The notes under the pieces are model-generated. The model had not been told where the DNA came from and did not search any database. It was given only the letters and a program-made list of their open reading frames with translations. The translations under genes and the position numbers were made by a program. Shown piece after piece: positions 17,252-26,556 of a stretch of DNA of 31,190 bases (position 1 is the first letter of the stretch; each line of letters begins with the position of its first letter). Source of the DNA: Bdellovibrionia bacterium (GTDB taxonomy: Bacteria > Bdellovibrionota > UBA1018); NCBI GenBank assembly GCA_045805065.1, contig JBJMMA010000139.1, positions 1 to 31,190 on the forward strand. The letters run 5' to 3'.

Positions 17252-20200
17252 ATGCGCGTTAAACGTCTCGAGATTCAAGGTTTCAAATCGTTCAAGGACA
17301 AGACCATTGTCCATTTCGATCACGGCATCACGGGTATCGTTGGTCCAAACGGTTGCGGTAAATCCAATATCGTCGACGCATTCTTCTGGGTCATGGGCGA
17401 GCAGTCCTACAAGCACATGCGCGGAAGCGGATCGGATGACCTGATCTTCAACGGAAGCACGCGCTACTCTCCGCTCGGCATGGCCGAAGCAACCCTGGTC
17501 ATGGAAACCAGCACTCCTGCAGCCTCGGGCGAAGACGCCGCCGCTGGCGCAACCGTTTCCGATATTCCAGCTCACCTTCTTAAAGGAAAAGAAGTTGCTG
17601 TTACCCGCCGACTTTATCGCGGTGGCGAAGGTGAATACTTCATCAACGGCGTTCCTGCCCGCTTGAAAGACATTCAAGAACTTTTCATGGATACCGGTGT
17701 TGGCGCTAAAGGCTACTCGGTTATCGAACAGGGCCAGATCGGTAAGATCGTTAACGCAAAACCTGAAGAGCGCCGCCTTCTCATTGAAGAAGCCGCAGGT
17801 ATCGCCAAGTACAAGGCTCGTAAGAAAGAATCGCTTCGCAAGATGGAAGCGACTCAAGGTAATCTTTCCCGCTTGAATGACGTCATTCAAGAAATCGAGC
17901 GCAGCCTGGGTTCCTTGGAACGCCAAGCTCAGAAAGCTCGCCAGTTCAAAAAATTCAAAGAAGAGCTCCTCGATAAGGAAATGACCTGGGGTCGCCGCAA
18001 GATTCGCGTCCTTCGTCAGAAGCTCGAAGGCCTGACCAAGCAGAAGGAACTTCTCGAGATCGAACTCGTGGGTCTTCGCGCAGAACTCCAAGTGGCTGAA
18101 AACGCAATCGAAGTCGATCGCGTTGAACAAGTCACCGATTCCAAGATCGCTGAAGAGTGGCAATCCAAGATCCAAATGCTCTCCGATGACCTCACTCACG
18201 AGAAGAGCGCTCTGGATCTTTCCCGCCGCCGTCAAAGCGATTTGAACTCTCAGCTTGATGCCCTCACCCAAGAGAAGGAAGACCTTACCGTCTCTCTCGA
18301 AACCGAGCGTGAGCGCCTGGCTGCTCGTACTGAAGAAGCCAGCCACTCTGACGAAGATTTCACACAAGCTGCTGAACAAGTTCGCGCCATGGACCAGAAG
18401 GTCCGCGCTGTTCGTTCTGAAGCCGACGCTTTGCGCCGCGAACTTGAGAGCACGAAGCGCGATCTCATGAACGGCATCACCAATTCGAGCGCCTTGACCT
18501 CCAAGGCCGCATCGCTTTTGGGCCGCATGGAATCCGCTCAGTCCAAGATTCAACGCCTTGAACAACAAGTCGAAGAACACTCAAGCCGCCTCGAAGGCCA
18601 GCGCGAAGAAGCAACCCGCGCCGCAACCGAGGCTGAAGAAACCCGCGTTCAAATCGAATCGCTCCGTAACGAGCGTCGCGAGCAGCAACAAGCTGTTCAA
18701 AGCCATGAGCAGAACCTGCGTCAGCTTGAGAAGTCCCGCGATGAATCTCTTCGCGGCTTGACTCAACTCAAGTCCCGCCTTCAAAGCTTGGAAGAGCTGA
18801 GCGCAGCTCACGAAGGCTTTGGCGATGGTCCAAAGGCAGCTCTTGATTGGGCACGTGAAAGCGGCAACCAAGGCAAGATCTTGTCCCTGGCCGATGCCCT
18901 TGAAGTGACTCAAGGCTACGAAAGCGCCCTGGAAGGCTGGCTTGAAAACCGCCTCGAGAGCTTGATCTCGGCTGAAGGCTCACTGGCTCTCGATGCTGTT
19001 CAACAAGTATCTGCCGAGAAGGCAGGCCGCGTTGCGATCCAGGTCGCAGGCGCTGACAGCATGGCAGCTTCTGCTGCGGTCGATGCCGCTCAAGCACGCT
19101 CCATTTTGGAAGGCGCTGGCTTTGAAGTTTTGGGCGCACTTTCTGAGTTTGTTGGAATCAACAAGCGCTTGGACGCTGCAGTTCAAGACCGCGCATCCCA
19201 CACGATTGCAAACGTGATCGTGGTTCAAAGCTTTGATTCCATGGCAGCATTTGTCGCAAACGGCGGCCTGGCAAAGCTGGGCGGCTGGTCTGTCGTCAGC
19301 ATGGACGGAAGCGCCATGGGTGCCGACGGAATCCTCCGCGGCGGTCATATGGAAACCGACGGTGGCGCAAGCCTCCTTCGCCGTAAGAACGCGATTTCTG
19401 AACTGAGCGCACAAGTCGGTGCGGCTGAGTCCGAGCATCAGCTCAAGGAAACGGCAGTCACCGAAATCCGCCAGTCTCTCGAAATCGCTCGCGCACGTCT
19501 TGCAACTCTTCAATCTGAGCTTCAAGAGCTTGAAGTTCGCGTGGCAGCTCTTGATCGTGACGTTCACCAGATGAACCGCGCCGTCAAGGACGCCGAGCGC
19601 CAACTCGAATCCTTCTCCAACGAGCGTGAAGAGCTCGAAGCTGAAGCCCGCGCCGCAATCGAAGAGCGCGCTGAGATCGAGGAAGAACTCGCGACTTTCA
19701 ACGCAGCAAAAGCTGAGCTCGATGAAAAGATTGCTGAAGGCGAAGCCAAGGTTTCTGAAAAAGATGCCGAACTTCGCGCACAAGAAGAAGAGCTCAACGC
19801 CCTTCGCGTCAACGAAGCATCCCTTCGTGAGCGCGCAGGAAGCATTCAGCGCGAACTTCAATCCGCTAAGGCTCTGATCACTGATCGTGAGCGCCGCCTG
19901 AACGAAATCAACCGCACGCTCGAGCGCGCCACCCGTGAACGCGAAGAGTTCTCTGGCGGCGAGTCCGGCATGCAAGAGAAGATCGAAGAGCTCACGCTTG
20001 CTTTGGCCAAAGCCAAAGACGAGCTGGCTCAAGTCAAAGATCGCTTGGAGCAAAGCAACGCCAAAGCAAATGCTGCTCTGGAGCGCATCAAGTTCCTCCA
20101 TAAGACGGGCGATCACAAGACCGCTGAAACCAATCAGCTCGCTCTTGAAGTTGAGAAGCTTTCCTCTGAAATCACCCACCTCACGCAAAACCTTGAAGAG

Positions 20201-20950
20201 AAGTACGGCCCAGGCTGCCTTGAGCTTCCTGTGACCTCTCCAATTCAAGAAGAAATGCATGAGACGGTTGTGACGGCTGAAATGTCAGCTGAAGAAGAAA
20301 TCGCTCTCGGCGAAGAAGTCGAGCGCCTCCGTGAACGCATCCGCCGCCTGGGCGAAGTCAACGTCATGGCCATCGAAGAGTTCGAGGAGCTCAAGAAGCG
20401 TTATGACTACCTCCTTGGCGAAAAGAAGGACCTCGAGCATTCGATCGAGAACCTCCAGGAAGCCATCGAGCACATCAACAAGACCTCCGAAGAGCGTTTC
20501 AGAAAGGCTTTCGAAGCGATCGCAGATCGTTTCCAACGCCTCTTCCCGATCATCTTCGGTGGCGGTCAGGCAAAGCTTTCTCTGATCTACCCAGAAGGCT
20601 CCACCGATATCCTCGAAGCTGGCGTGGACATTCTCGCTCAGCCTCCAGGCAAGAAGGTCGTCAACATCGGCCTTCTCTCCGGTGGTGAAAAGGCTCTGAC
20701 CGCTGTGTCGCTGATCTTCGCGATCTTCCTCGTCAAGCCAAGCCCGTTCTGCGTGCTCGACGAAGTCGACGCGCCGCTTGACGATGCGAACATCGGAAAG
20801 TTCAACGCCTTGTTGCGTGAGATGTCGGCGAAGAGCCAGTTCATTCTCATCACCCACAACAAGAAAACCATGGAACTCAACGACACGCTCTATGGCGTCA
20901 CCATGGAAGAGCCAGGCGTCTCGAAGATGGTTTCCATCGAGATGCATTAA
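17252..20950 (+). CDS. smc: Chromosome segregation protein SMC
   Basis: GFKSF, GPNGCGKSN, long coiled coils with a central hinge, LSGGEK, LDEVDAPLD, ITH. Confidence 0.98.
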   Translation: MRVKRLEIQGFKSFKDKTIVHFDHGITGIVGPNGCGKSNIVDAFFWVMGEQSYKHMRGSGSDDLIFNGSTRYSPLGMAEATLVMETSTPAASGEDAAAGATVSDIPAHLLKGKEVAVTRRLYRGGEGEYFINGVPARLKDIQELFMDTGVGAKGYSVIEQGQIGKIVNAKPEERRLLIEEAAGIAKYKARKKESLRKMEATQGNLSRLNDVIQEIERSLGSLERQAQKARQFKKFKEELLDKEMTWGRRKIRVLRQKLEGLTKQKELLEIELVGLRAELQVAENAIEVDRVEQVTDSKIAEEWQSKIQMLSDDLTHEKSALDLSRRRQSDLNSQLDALTQEKEDLTVSLETERERLAARTEEASHSDEDFTQAAEQVRAMDQKVRAVRSEADALRRELESTKRDLMNGITNSSALTSKAASLLGRMESAQSKIQRLEQQVEEHSSRLEGQREEATRAATEAEETRVQIESLRNERREQQQAVQSHEQNLRQLEKSRDESLRGLTQLKSRLQSLEELSAAHEGFGDGPKAALDWARESGNQGKILSLADALEVTQGYESALEGWLENRLESLISAEGSLALDAVQQVSAEKAGRVAIQVAGADSMAASAAVDAAQARSILEGAGFEVLGALSEFVGINKRLDAAVQDRASHTIANVIVVQSFDSMAAFVANGGLAKLGGWSVVSMDGSAMGADGILRGGHMETDGGASLLRRKNAISELSAQVGAAESEHQLKETAVTEIRQSLEIARARLATLQSELQELEVRVAALDRDVHQMNRAVKDAERQLESFSNEREELEAEARAAIEERAEIEEELATFNAAKAELDEKIAEGEAKVSEKDAELRAQEEELNALRVNEASLRERAGSIQRELQSAKALITDRERRLNEINRTLERATREREEFSGGESGMQEKIEELTLALAKAKDELAQVKDRLEQSNAKANAALERIKFLHKTGDHKTAETNQLALEVEKLSSEITHLTQNLEEKYGPGCLELPVTSPIQEEMHETVVTAEMSAEEEIALGEEVERLRERIRRLGEVNVMAIEEFEELKKRYDYLLGEKKDLEHSIENLQEAIEHINKTSEERFRKAFEAIADRFQRLFPIIFGGGQAKLSLIYPEGSTDILEAGVDILAQPPGKKVVNIGLLSGGEKALTAVSLIFAIFLVKPSPFCVLDEVDAPLDDANIGKFNALLREMSAKSQFILITHNKKTMELNDTLYGVTMEEPGVSKMVSIEMH

Positions 20951-20969
20951 GCCGGCGGCAGCCTAAAAG

Positions 20970-21701
20970 ATGAAAGCAAAGACAGTAGCGATTTTAAATT
21001 TGATGGTTCTGATGGTGAGTACGCCCTTTTTAAGCAAGGGCGTACTTGCCGACGAACCCGTTGCTGTTCACACTCGCAAGACCCCAAATTCAGTTCCTGC
21101 CCAAAAGAAGTCCATCTCGCTTCCACCTCTCCTCAAAGAAGTCGAAGCCAAGTACTTCAAAGCATCCACTCTGATTGCTGACTTCATCGAAGCGGACCAG
21201 AGCAACACGACCAAGCAGACCAAGAAAAGCTCAGGCAAGATCCAGTTCAAGCGCCCTGGAAAGCTTCATTGGGAAACGCTGAAGCCAGATCACAACATCC
21301 TGATCAGCGACGGCAAGAAGTTCTGGTTCTACACTCCCCCTTTTGATGAGGGCGAGGCCGGCCAGTACATTGAAAAAGACGCATCCAAGGTTCAAACCAA
21401 GTTTGCTCAAGGCCTTCTAGCCGGAACGTTCTCTTACAACGTCTCCAGCGGCAACATGACCGTCACGCAAACAAACGCCACCGACTTTATCGTCATTCCT
21501 AAAAAGGGAACCGGCGGGACCGTAAAGCAAGCCACGCTGAAGGTCGATCCACAGCAAAAGCTCATCACCGGCGTTGACCTTCAACATCGCGGCGGCAACA
21601 CCAGCCACATCACTCTCAGCAACATCCAGCTCGGCAAACCTCTGGATGATTCGCTCTTCCACTTCACTCCTCCGCCTAATACGGAGCAGATGAAAGACTA
21701 A
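20970..21701 (+). CDS. lolA: Outer-membrane lipoprotein carrier LolA family protein
   Basis: Signal peptide, ADF, SSGKIQFKRPGKLHW, ISDGKKFWFY, FHFTPP. Confidence 0.88.
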   Translation: MKAKTVAILNLMVLMVSTPFLSKGVLADEPVAVHTRKTPNSVPAQKKSISLPPLLKEVEAKYFKASTLIADFIEADQSNTTKQTKKSSGKIQFKRPGKLHWETLKPDHNILISDGKKFWFYTPPFDEGEAGQYIEKDASKVQTKFAQGLLAGTFSYNVSSGNMTVTQTNATDFIVIPKKGTGGTVKQATLKVDPQQKLITGVDLQHRGGNTSHITLSNIQLGKPLDDSLFHFTPPPNTEQMKD

Positions 21702-21718
21702 AGGTCGTCCCGACCTTT
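21700..21718 (+). terminator. Hairpin after lolA, possible weak terminator
   Basis: AAAGGTCG-tcc-CGACCTTT. Confidence 0.45.
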
Positions 21719-21758
21719 GGGTTGAGACCTGCGTCATAAAAGTGAAGCAAGAGCTACT

Positions 21759-22283
21759 ATGTCGCCTGTTCATTTAAAAAAGCTAGAGGATGGCCAACAT
21801 CACGACGTCTCAGAACTCCAAAGAGTTCTAGAATCCGCACCACTTTACTGGAAACGAATCGCAAACAAGACGATCGAGTCAGATGGTGCTCAAAGCGTTC
21901 TTCAAGCCTTACCCGAAGGAAAAACACGCGCCGACAAGTACGTCCTTGGAATCTACCTCCCTAATCAATCGTCAGAACAAATGATTGGCTGCATTGATCT
22001 CATTCGCGGCTTTCCAGACTCACAAACAGCAATGCTGGGCTTATTGATCGTCTCTGAGTCGTATCAAAAACAAGGTCTTGGCAAAGCAAGCTACGAAGCG
22101 CTCGAGAAAGTCATCCGTTCCTGGCCAGAGATGCGAAAAGTCAGAATTGGCGTCATCGAAGCCAATGGCATCGTGCTCCCTTTTTGGAAATCGTTGGGTT
22201 TCGTCGAAACCGGGGTGCGCCGCCCCTACGAAGACAATGGCGTTGTCTCTGAGAATATCGTTTTGGAAAAATCATTAAAATAA
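21759..22283 (+). CDS. GNAT family N-acetyltransferase
   Basis: YQKQGLG acetyl-CoA motif, N....FWKSLGF. Confidence 0.9.
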   Translation: MSPVHLKKLEDGQHHDVSELQRVLESAPLYWKRIANKTIESDGAQSVLQALPEGKTRADKYVLGIYLPNQSSEQMIGCIDLIRGFPDSQTAMLGLLIVSESYQKQGLGKASYEALEKVIRSWPEMRKVRIGVIEANGIVLPFWKSLGFVETGVRRPYEDNGVVSENIVLEKSLK

Positions 22284-22315
22284 AAGCCCTGCCGAATTGA
22301 ATCGACAGAGCTTTT
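22282..22315 (-). terminator. Intrinsic terminator between convergent genes
   Basis: AAAAGCcCTGcCGA-attgaa-TCGaCAGaGCTTTT; the two C/A mismatches become G-U pairs on the minus strand. Confidence 0.65.
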
Positions 22316-22350
22316 GATGTGACTTGAAAGTCTTTTTAACTGCATTGCTG

Positions 22351-23349
22351 TTAGCGAACCGCACAATCCCAAACGTAAACATTTCCTGGATTAAAACCTT
22401 TGCCGTGAATCTGCATATTTGAACTGAGAATCTCATCCGATCTCACATTGCTAACACTCGGTCCCCAGCTCAGGCTTTCATTTGTATAAGAACCGTCACC
22501 GTTCATGAGCGCAAACTTAAGAGATCCGTGCTCCGGCGTCCAATTCAGTGAAAAGTCCTGATCAGAGTTATGCGTGATCACATCCATCCGATTATTTCCA
22601 AAAGCATGGCTTACTTGTGGCTGAGGCGTAATGAACTGACTGTATTTCACTTCAATAGAAGTTGCGAAAGCAACGTGAAGATCAGAGTTGACGTTAATGT
22701 AGATGACTGGATGGCCATCTCCCTCTTTCGGATAAATGGTAATACTGCACGTCTTGCTGAAACGGTTTAGATAATAGTCCTGAATGTATCCAGCGTCTTC
22801 TTCGCCAAAGCCTGCAAGATGCGCGAGCTCATGAAGCATCAACGCTGGAAGCTGAGATTTAAGCTCATCTTGAGGAAAGCGAGCCAGGCGCTCCCCACTC
22901 ATGCATATCTCTGCTGTTGAGGTAGAGCTAACGTTTTCCAAACGGGCAGATGCATCTTTCTCACTTGAGCCATCCAAGCACGCTCCACTGTTGAGAAAAC
23001 CGATTTTCAAACTCTCATTAAAACTAGGGCTTAAATAAAGATAAGGAATTTTTCCAGCAGGATCTAAGATCGGATTCCATGTCAGCTGAGGGAGTGCCAA
23101 AATCTTAGAGATGATATTTCTGGCCTTCGCATCCTTCACAGGCAAAGGCGCGCCCTCTGCCATAGAGGTATTCAATGCGGTCAAAACTTGAAGCGTATCC
23201 CACTCCAAGCTTCCGCTCACATACTGAGAGACTTCCTCGATGGTGCTCTTTTTAGCGTTCCCACCCCCGCCGCTCTCTCCACCTTGGCCAGCCCAAGTCG
23301 TGGTCGCAAGGATCAAAACCGAAGATAGCATCCAGGTTTTTTTTAACAT
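22351..23349 (-). CDS. Secreted hypothetical protein with an HExxH zinc-metallopeptidase-like motif
   Basis: Signal peptide ending TWA, then GQGGESGGGG; LMLHELAHLAGFGE. Confidence 0.75.
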   Translation of the reverse strand: MLKKTWMLSSVLILATTTWAGQGGESGGGGNAKKSTIEEVSQYVSGSLEWDTLQVLTALNTSMAEGAPLPVKDAKARNIISKILALPQLTWNPILDPAGKIPYLYLSPSFNESLKIGFLNSGACLDGSSEKDASARLENVSSTSTAEICMSGERLARFPQDELKSQLPALMLHELAHLAGFGEEDAGYIQDYYLNRFSKTCSITIYPKEGDGHPVIYINVNSDLHVAFATSIEVKYSQFITPQPQVSHAFGNNRMDVITHNSDQDFSLNWTPEHGSLKFALMNGDGSYTNESLSWGPSVSNVRSDEILSSNMQIHGKGFNPGNVYVWDCAVR

Positions 23350-23496
23350 CTTTTAAATCCTCTCTGGCGAATCGCCGTTTTCACTATCCGTTTATGTCTT
23401 ATTCGTCAAATTACTTGGGGGTTCCCTTCATCTCAAGACAGTGTTAATTAAAACTGACGATCAAATTTCAGTATTACTTACGATTGAGACTTTCAG

Positions 23497-24309
23497 ATGC
23501 GAAAAGACATCTTCGATTACGACGACTACAAGAAGTACCTGCACGACCTTTTTCTGTCACAACCCTCACAGGGCCATGGCTTTAGATCGCGCCTAGCGGA
23601 GGCCGCGGGTTGCCGCGTCTCTTATGTTTCACAAGTCCTTAATCAAGACGCGGACTTCAGCCTTGAGCAGGCCGAAAATCTCAATCCCCTGCTGGGACAT
23701 AACGCTGAAGAAAGCGACTTCTTCCTGCTCCTTATTCAATACGCGCGCGCCGGTAGTCATGCTTTGAAAACTCGTCTCAAAGAACAGATCTTAAGATTTC
23801 GGCAAAAGCGTTTAGTCCTCAAAGATCGGGTCGATATCAAAACAACCCTCTCGCCTGTGGATCAGATGACTTACTACAGCGCCTGGTACTACGCTGCCAT
23901 TCATATTCTTGTGATGATGCCCGAGTACAGAACGCGAGAAGCGATCAGCAAATATCTGAGAATGCCGTCAGAGAAAGTTTCAGAAGCTTTGAAATTTCTT
24001 ACATCTGTCGGGCTAGTTAAAAGTGACGGCAGCAAGTACTTACCTGGCGTTTCACGAATCTTTCTAGGAAATGATTCGCCAATGATTTCTAAACATCATA
24101 CCAACTGGCGAATGAGAGCTATTGACTCGCTTGATCGAGACCTCAAAAATGATCTTCACCTTTCGACAGTCCTCAGCCTTTCTCGCGAAGACGTAATCCA
24201 CTTGAAAGAGCTCCTGGCCAAGAGCATTGATAAAGGGCGAGACATTGCTGCCAAATCGCTCAAAGACGAAGAAGTCCACTGCCTCTGCGTTGATCTTTTC
24301 AAGATCTAA
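23497..24309 (+). CDS. TIGR02147/DUF4423-like HTH-containing protein
   Basis: IFDYDDYKKYL start, LAEAAGC..SYVSQVL helix-turn-helix, YYSAWYYAAIH, HHTNWR, terminal DLF. Confidence 0.8.
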   Translation: MRKDIFDYDDYKKYLHDLFLSQPSQGHGFRSRLAEAAGCRVSYVSQVLNQDADFSLEQAENLNPLLGHNAEESDFFLLLIQYARAGSHALKTRLKEQILRFRQKRLVLKDRVDIKTTLSPVDQMTYYSAWYYAAIHILVMMPEYRTREAISKYLRMPSEKVSEALKFLTSVGLVKSDGSKYLPGVSRIFLGNDSPMISKHHTNWRMRAIDSLDRDLKNDLHLSTVLSLSREDVIHLKELLAKSIDKGRDIAAKSLKDEEVHCLCVDLFKI

Positions 24310-25190
24310 ACAAAGCTCGACTTAGCGAACTGAAGAAAGTTCTTCAAAGCCTGAGAGCGATCTCCCTTACGCCACACAAGTCCCATTGGATAAGAAGGTG
24401 CGGGCTCTGGAACATCGATGAACTTCACGCCAGGACCAGCTTCGATGTTTCCAACGTATAGCGGGGCGATACCTAGGCCTGCAGAGACAAGCCAGACTTG
24501 AGTGGCGACGTTGGAAGTGTATTGCTGCACAAATGGCTCAAAGCCCGCATCACGACAATGATCATAAAGCTCATTGTAATAGCCTGGGCTTGCGATTTTT
24601 GGATCCACTAAGATGAGGGGCTCTGTGTTGAGATCCGACCACTCAATCCGCTTCTTCTTTGCGAAAGGATGAAGCGTTGGAACCGCAAGGCGTAACTTAT
24701 GAGAACGCACTTGATAGGTTTCGACGATTGCGGGCGTACTAAAACCGAGTCTTGAAAAGCCCACATCGATCTCACTGTTTTGAAGCGAATCCAGTTGGCG
24801 AAGTGTCGATTGCTCAACCAGGCGAACTTCCACATTGGGGTATTCTTTTCTAAACGAGCGCAAAAGCGCAGCAAACTCACTGGTTGCCAAAGAAGAAAGA
24901 ATTCCAATCGAGAGTCTTTCCGTCATTCCACGCTTGGCGAGCGAGACCTTTCTTTCCGCGCGCACAACAGCTTCCAAGATTTGCTTAGCGTCCGTCATGA
25001 ACTCACGCCCTGCATGCGTCAGAACAATGTGTCGGTGCGTGCGATCAAACAGCTCACACCCCAGCTCGCTTTCTAAAACCTGGATCTGTTGGCTTAAGGG
25101 CGGCTGCGCAATTCCCAAACGTTGAGCGGCCTTAGTAAAACTCAGTTCTTCAGCGACGGCTAGAAAGTAGCGAATATGGCGGAGTTCCAT
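24306..25190 (-). CDS. LysR family transcriptional regulator
   Basis: MELRHIRYFLAVAEELSFTKAAQRLGIAQPPLSQQIQVLESELG. Confidence 0.97.
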   Translation of the reverse strand: MELRHIRYFLAVAEELSFTKAAQRLGIAQPPLSQQIQVLESELGCELFDRTHRHIVLTHAGREFMTDAKQILEAVVRAERKVSLAKRGMTERLSIGILSSLATSEFAALLRSFRKEYPNVEVRLVEQSTLRQLDSLQNSEIDVGFSRLGFSTPAIVETYQVRSHKLRLAVPTLHPFAKKKRIEWSDLNTEPLILVDPKIASPGYYNELYDHCRDAGFEPFVQQYTSNVATQVWLVSAGLGIAPLYVGNIEAGPGVKFIDVPEPAPSYPMGLVWRKGDRSQALKNFLQFAKSSFV

Positions 25191-25192
25191 TC

Positions 25193-25209
25193 CATATCTA
25201 TTTCATATG
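25193..25209. promoter_or_regulatory. LysR-type T-N11-A operator
   Basis: CATAT-ctatttc-ATATG dyad in the divergent lysR/MFS spacer. Confidence 0.6.
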
Positions 25210-25266
25210 CTAAACTGCATTTCCATATATTTGTAGTCTAACCCCTGAAGGACTATATTGGTCAGC

Positions 25267-26490
25267 ATGAGCACCGCAGTTGCCGCTCCTACCCTTACAC
25301 AGACCCCTTTAAAGGCGATTGAACCCGCACGAGAAGGAATGGATCGAAAGCTCCTCTTTTTGCTGACGCTGACGGCCGTCATCTGTACGGGAAACGTCTA
25401 CTTTGCTCAGCCGCTTTTGGGACGAATCGCAACAGAGTTTGGACGCGCGCCAGGGTCAGTTGGTTTTATCCCAACACTCAGCCAGCTTGGATATGTCAGC
25501 GGGCTACTCTTCTTGACGCCCCTGGGAGATTCGCTTGAGAAAAAGAAGCTTCTCGTCTCTCTTCTCATTGCCGCTAGCGTTGGTCTTTTCCTCTTTGCTG
25601 TGTCGCCTACATTTGCGTTCTTATCAGTGTCAGCGTTTCTCATCGGGCTGACTGCCGTTCTGACGCAGATTCTGATTCCGTTCGTCGCCGTTCTAAGCAC
25701 GCCTAAGGAACGTGGGAAAAATCTTGGCGTTTTACTGAGCGGCGCCCTCATTGGCGTTCTGATCTCAAGAACATTGAGTGGCGTTTTAGGTGAACACATT
25801 GGCTGGCGTGGAGTGTTTTTCGTCGCAAGTGCGACCATGCTCATCTTCAGCGCTCTTCTTGCGATTGTACTTCCAAAGCACGAGCCCGAAACTCGACTCT
25901 CCTATCACCGGCTTCTTCATTCTGTTTGGCTTCTTTACAAAAGAGTGCCGGGAGTTCGCGCTATCGCAATCAATGGGGCACTCTGCTACGGAGCGCTCTC
26001 AGGTTTTTGGGCATCCCTTGCATTCTATCTCCAAAGCCCCGCTTATCATCAAGGCCCAGCCCTCGCTGGCGAGTTTGGACTCGTCGGTGCCGTGGGCGCA
26101 TTGGGAGCCAACATCTCAGGTCGCTACTCGGAGCGGATCGGAAGTCGAAAGCTGGTTCAGATCTGCGTCTATATGATGATGGCGGCTTTCCTGATTCTCA
26201 TGTTTTTTGGAAAGCATCTGTCCGGCATGATCGCAGGCGTGATTGTTCTCGATCTCTTTGCGCAATCAGCAACCGTCTCCAACCAGACGCAGCTTTACAC
26301 TCTCAACTCGGACGCCAAGACGCGGCTCAACACTATCTATAAGATGTTTTACTTCACAGGAGGAGCAATTGGCTCAGCTGTCTCAGCCATCTCCTGGCAG
26401 CACTTTGGATGGAATGGGGTCTGCGGCGCGGCCCTACTCTTTTTGCTCGCCGCATTAGCCTGGGAGCGAATTTCTCCACTCAGTCAATAA
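25267..26490 (+). CDS. MFS transporter (arabinose-efflux-permease-like)
   Basis: About 12 hydrophobic helices, NVYFAQPLL, QLGY..GL..L.PLGD, GWR, GG..GS. Confidence 0.93.
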   Translation: MSTAVAAPTLTQTPLKAIEPAREGMDRKLLFLLTLTAVICTGNVYFAQPLLGRIATEFGRAPGSVGFIPTLSQLGYVSGLLFLTPLGDSLEKKKLLVSLLIAASVGLFLFAVSPTFAFLSVSAFLIGLTAVLTQILIPFVAVLSTPKERGKNLGVLLSGALIGVLISRTLSGVLGEHIGWRGVFFVASATMLIFSALLAIVLPKHEPETRLSYHRLLHSVWLLYKRVPGVRAIAINGALCYGALSGFWASLAFYLQSPAYHQGPALAGEFGLVGAVGALGANISGRYSERIGSRKLVQICVYMMMAAFLILMFFGKHLSGMIAGVIVLDLFAQSATVSNQTQLYTLNSDAKTRLNTIYKMFYFTGGAIGSAVSAISWQHFGWNGVCGAALLFLLAALAWERISPLSQ

Positions 26491-26556
26491 TTCTGTCAAT
26501 TCTTTGGCTCACTTTAATTTTACAGTGAAGGCTTATTAATTCCGAAACGTCGTTAG

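Noticed and set aside
17204..20947. Long antisense ORFs (458, 426 and 220 aa) opposite smc
   Set aside because: Shadow frames from codon bias of a strongly conserved gene; no recognisable motifs
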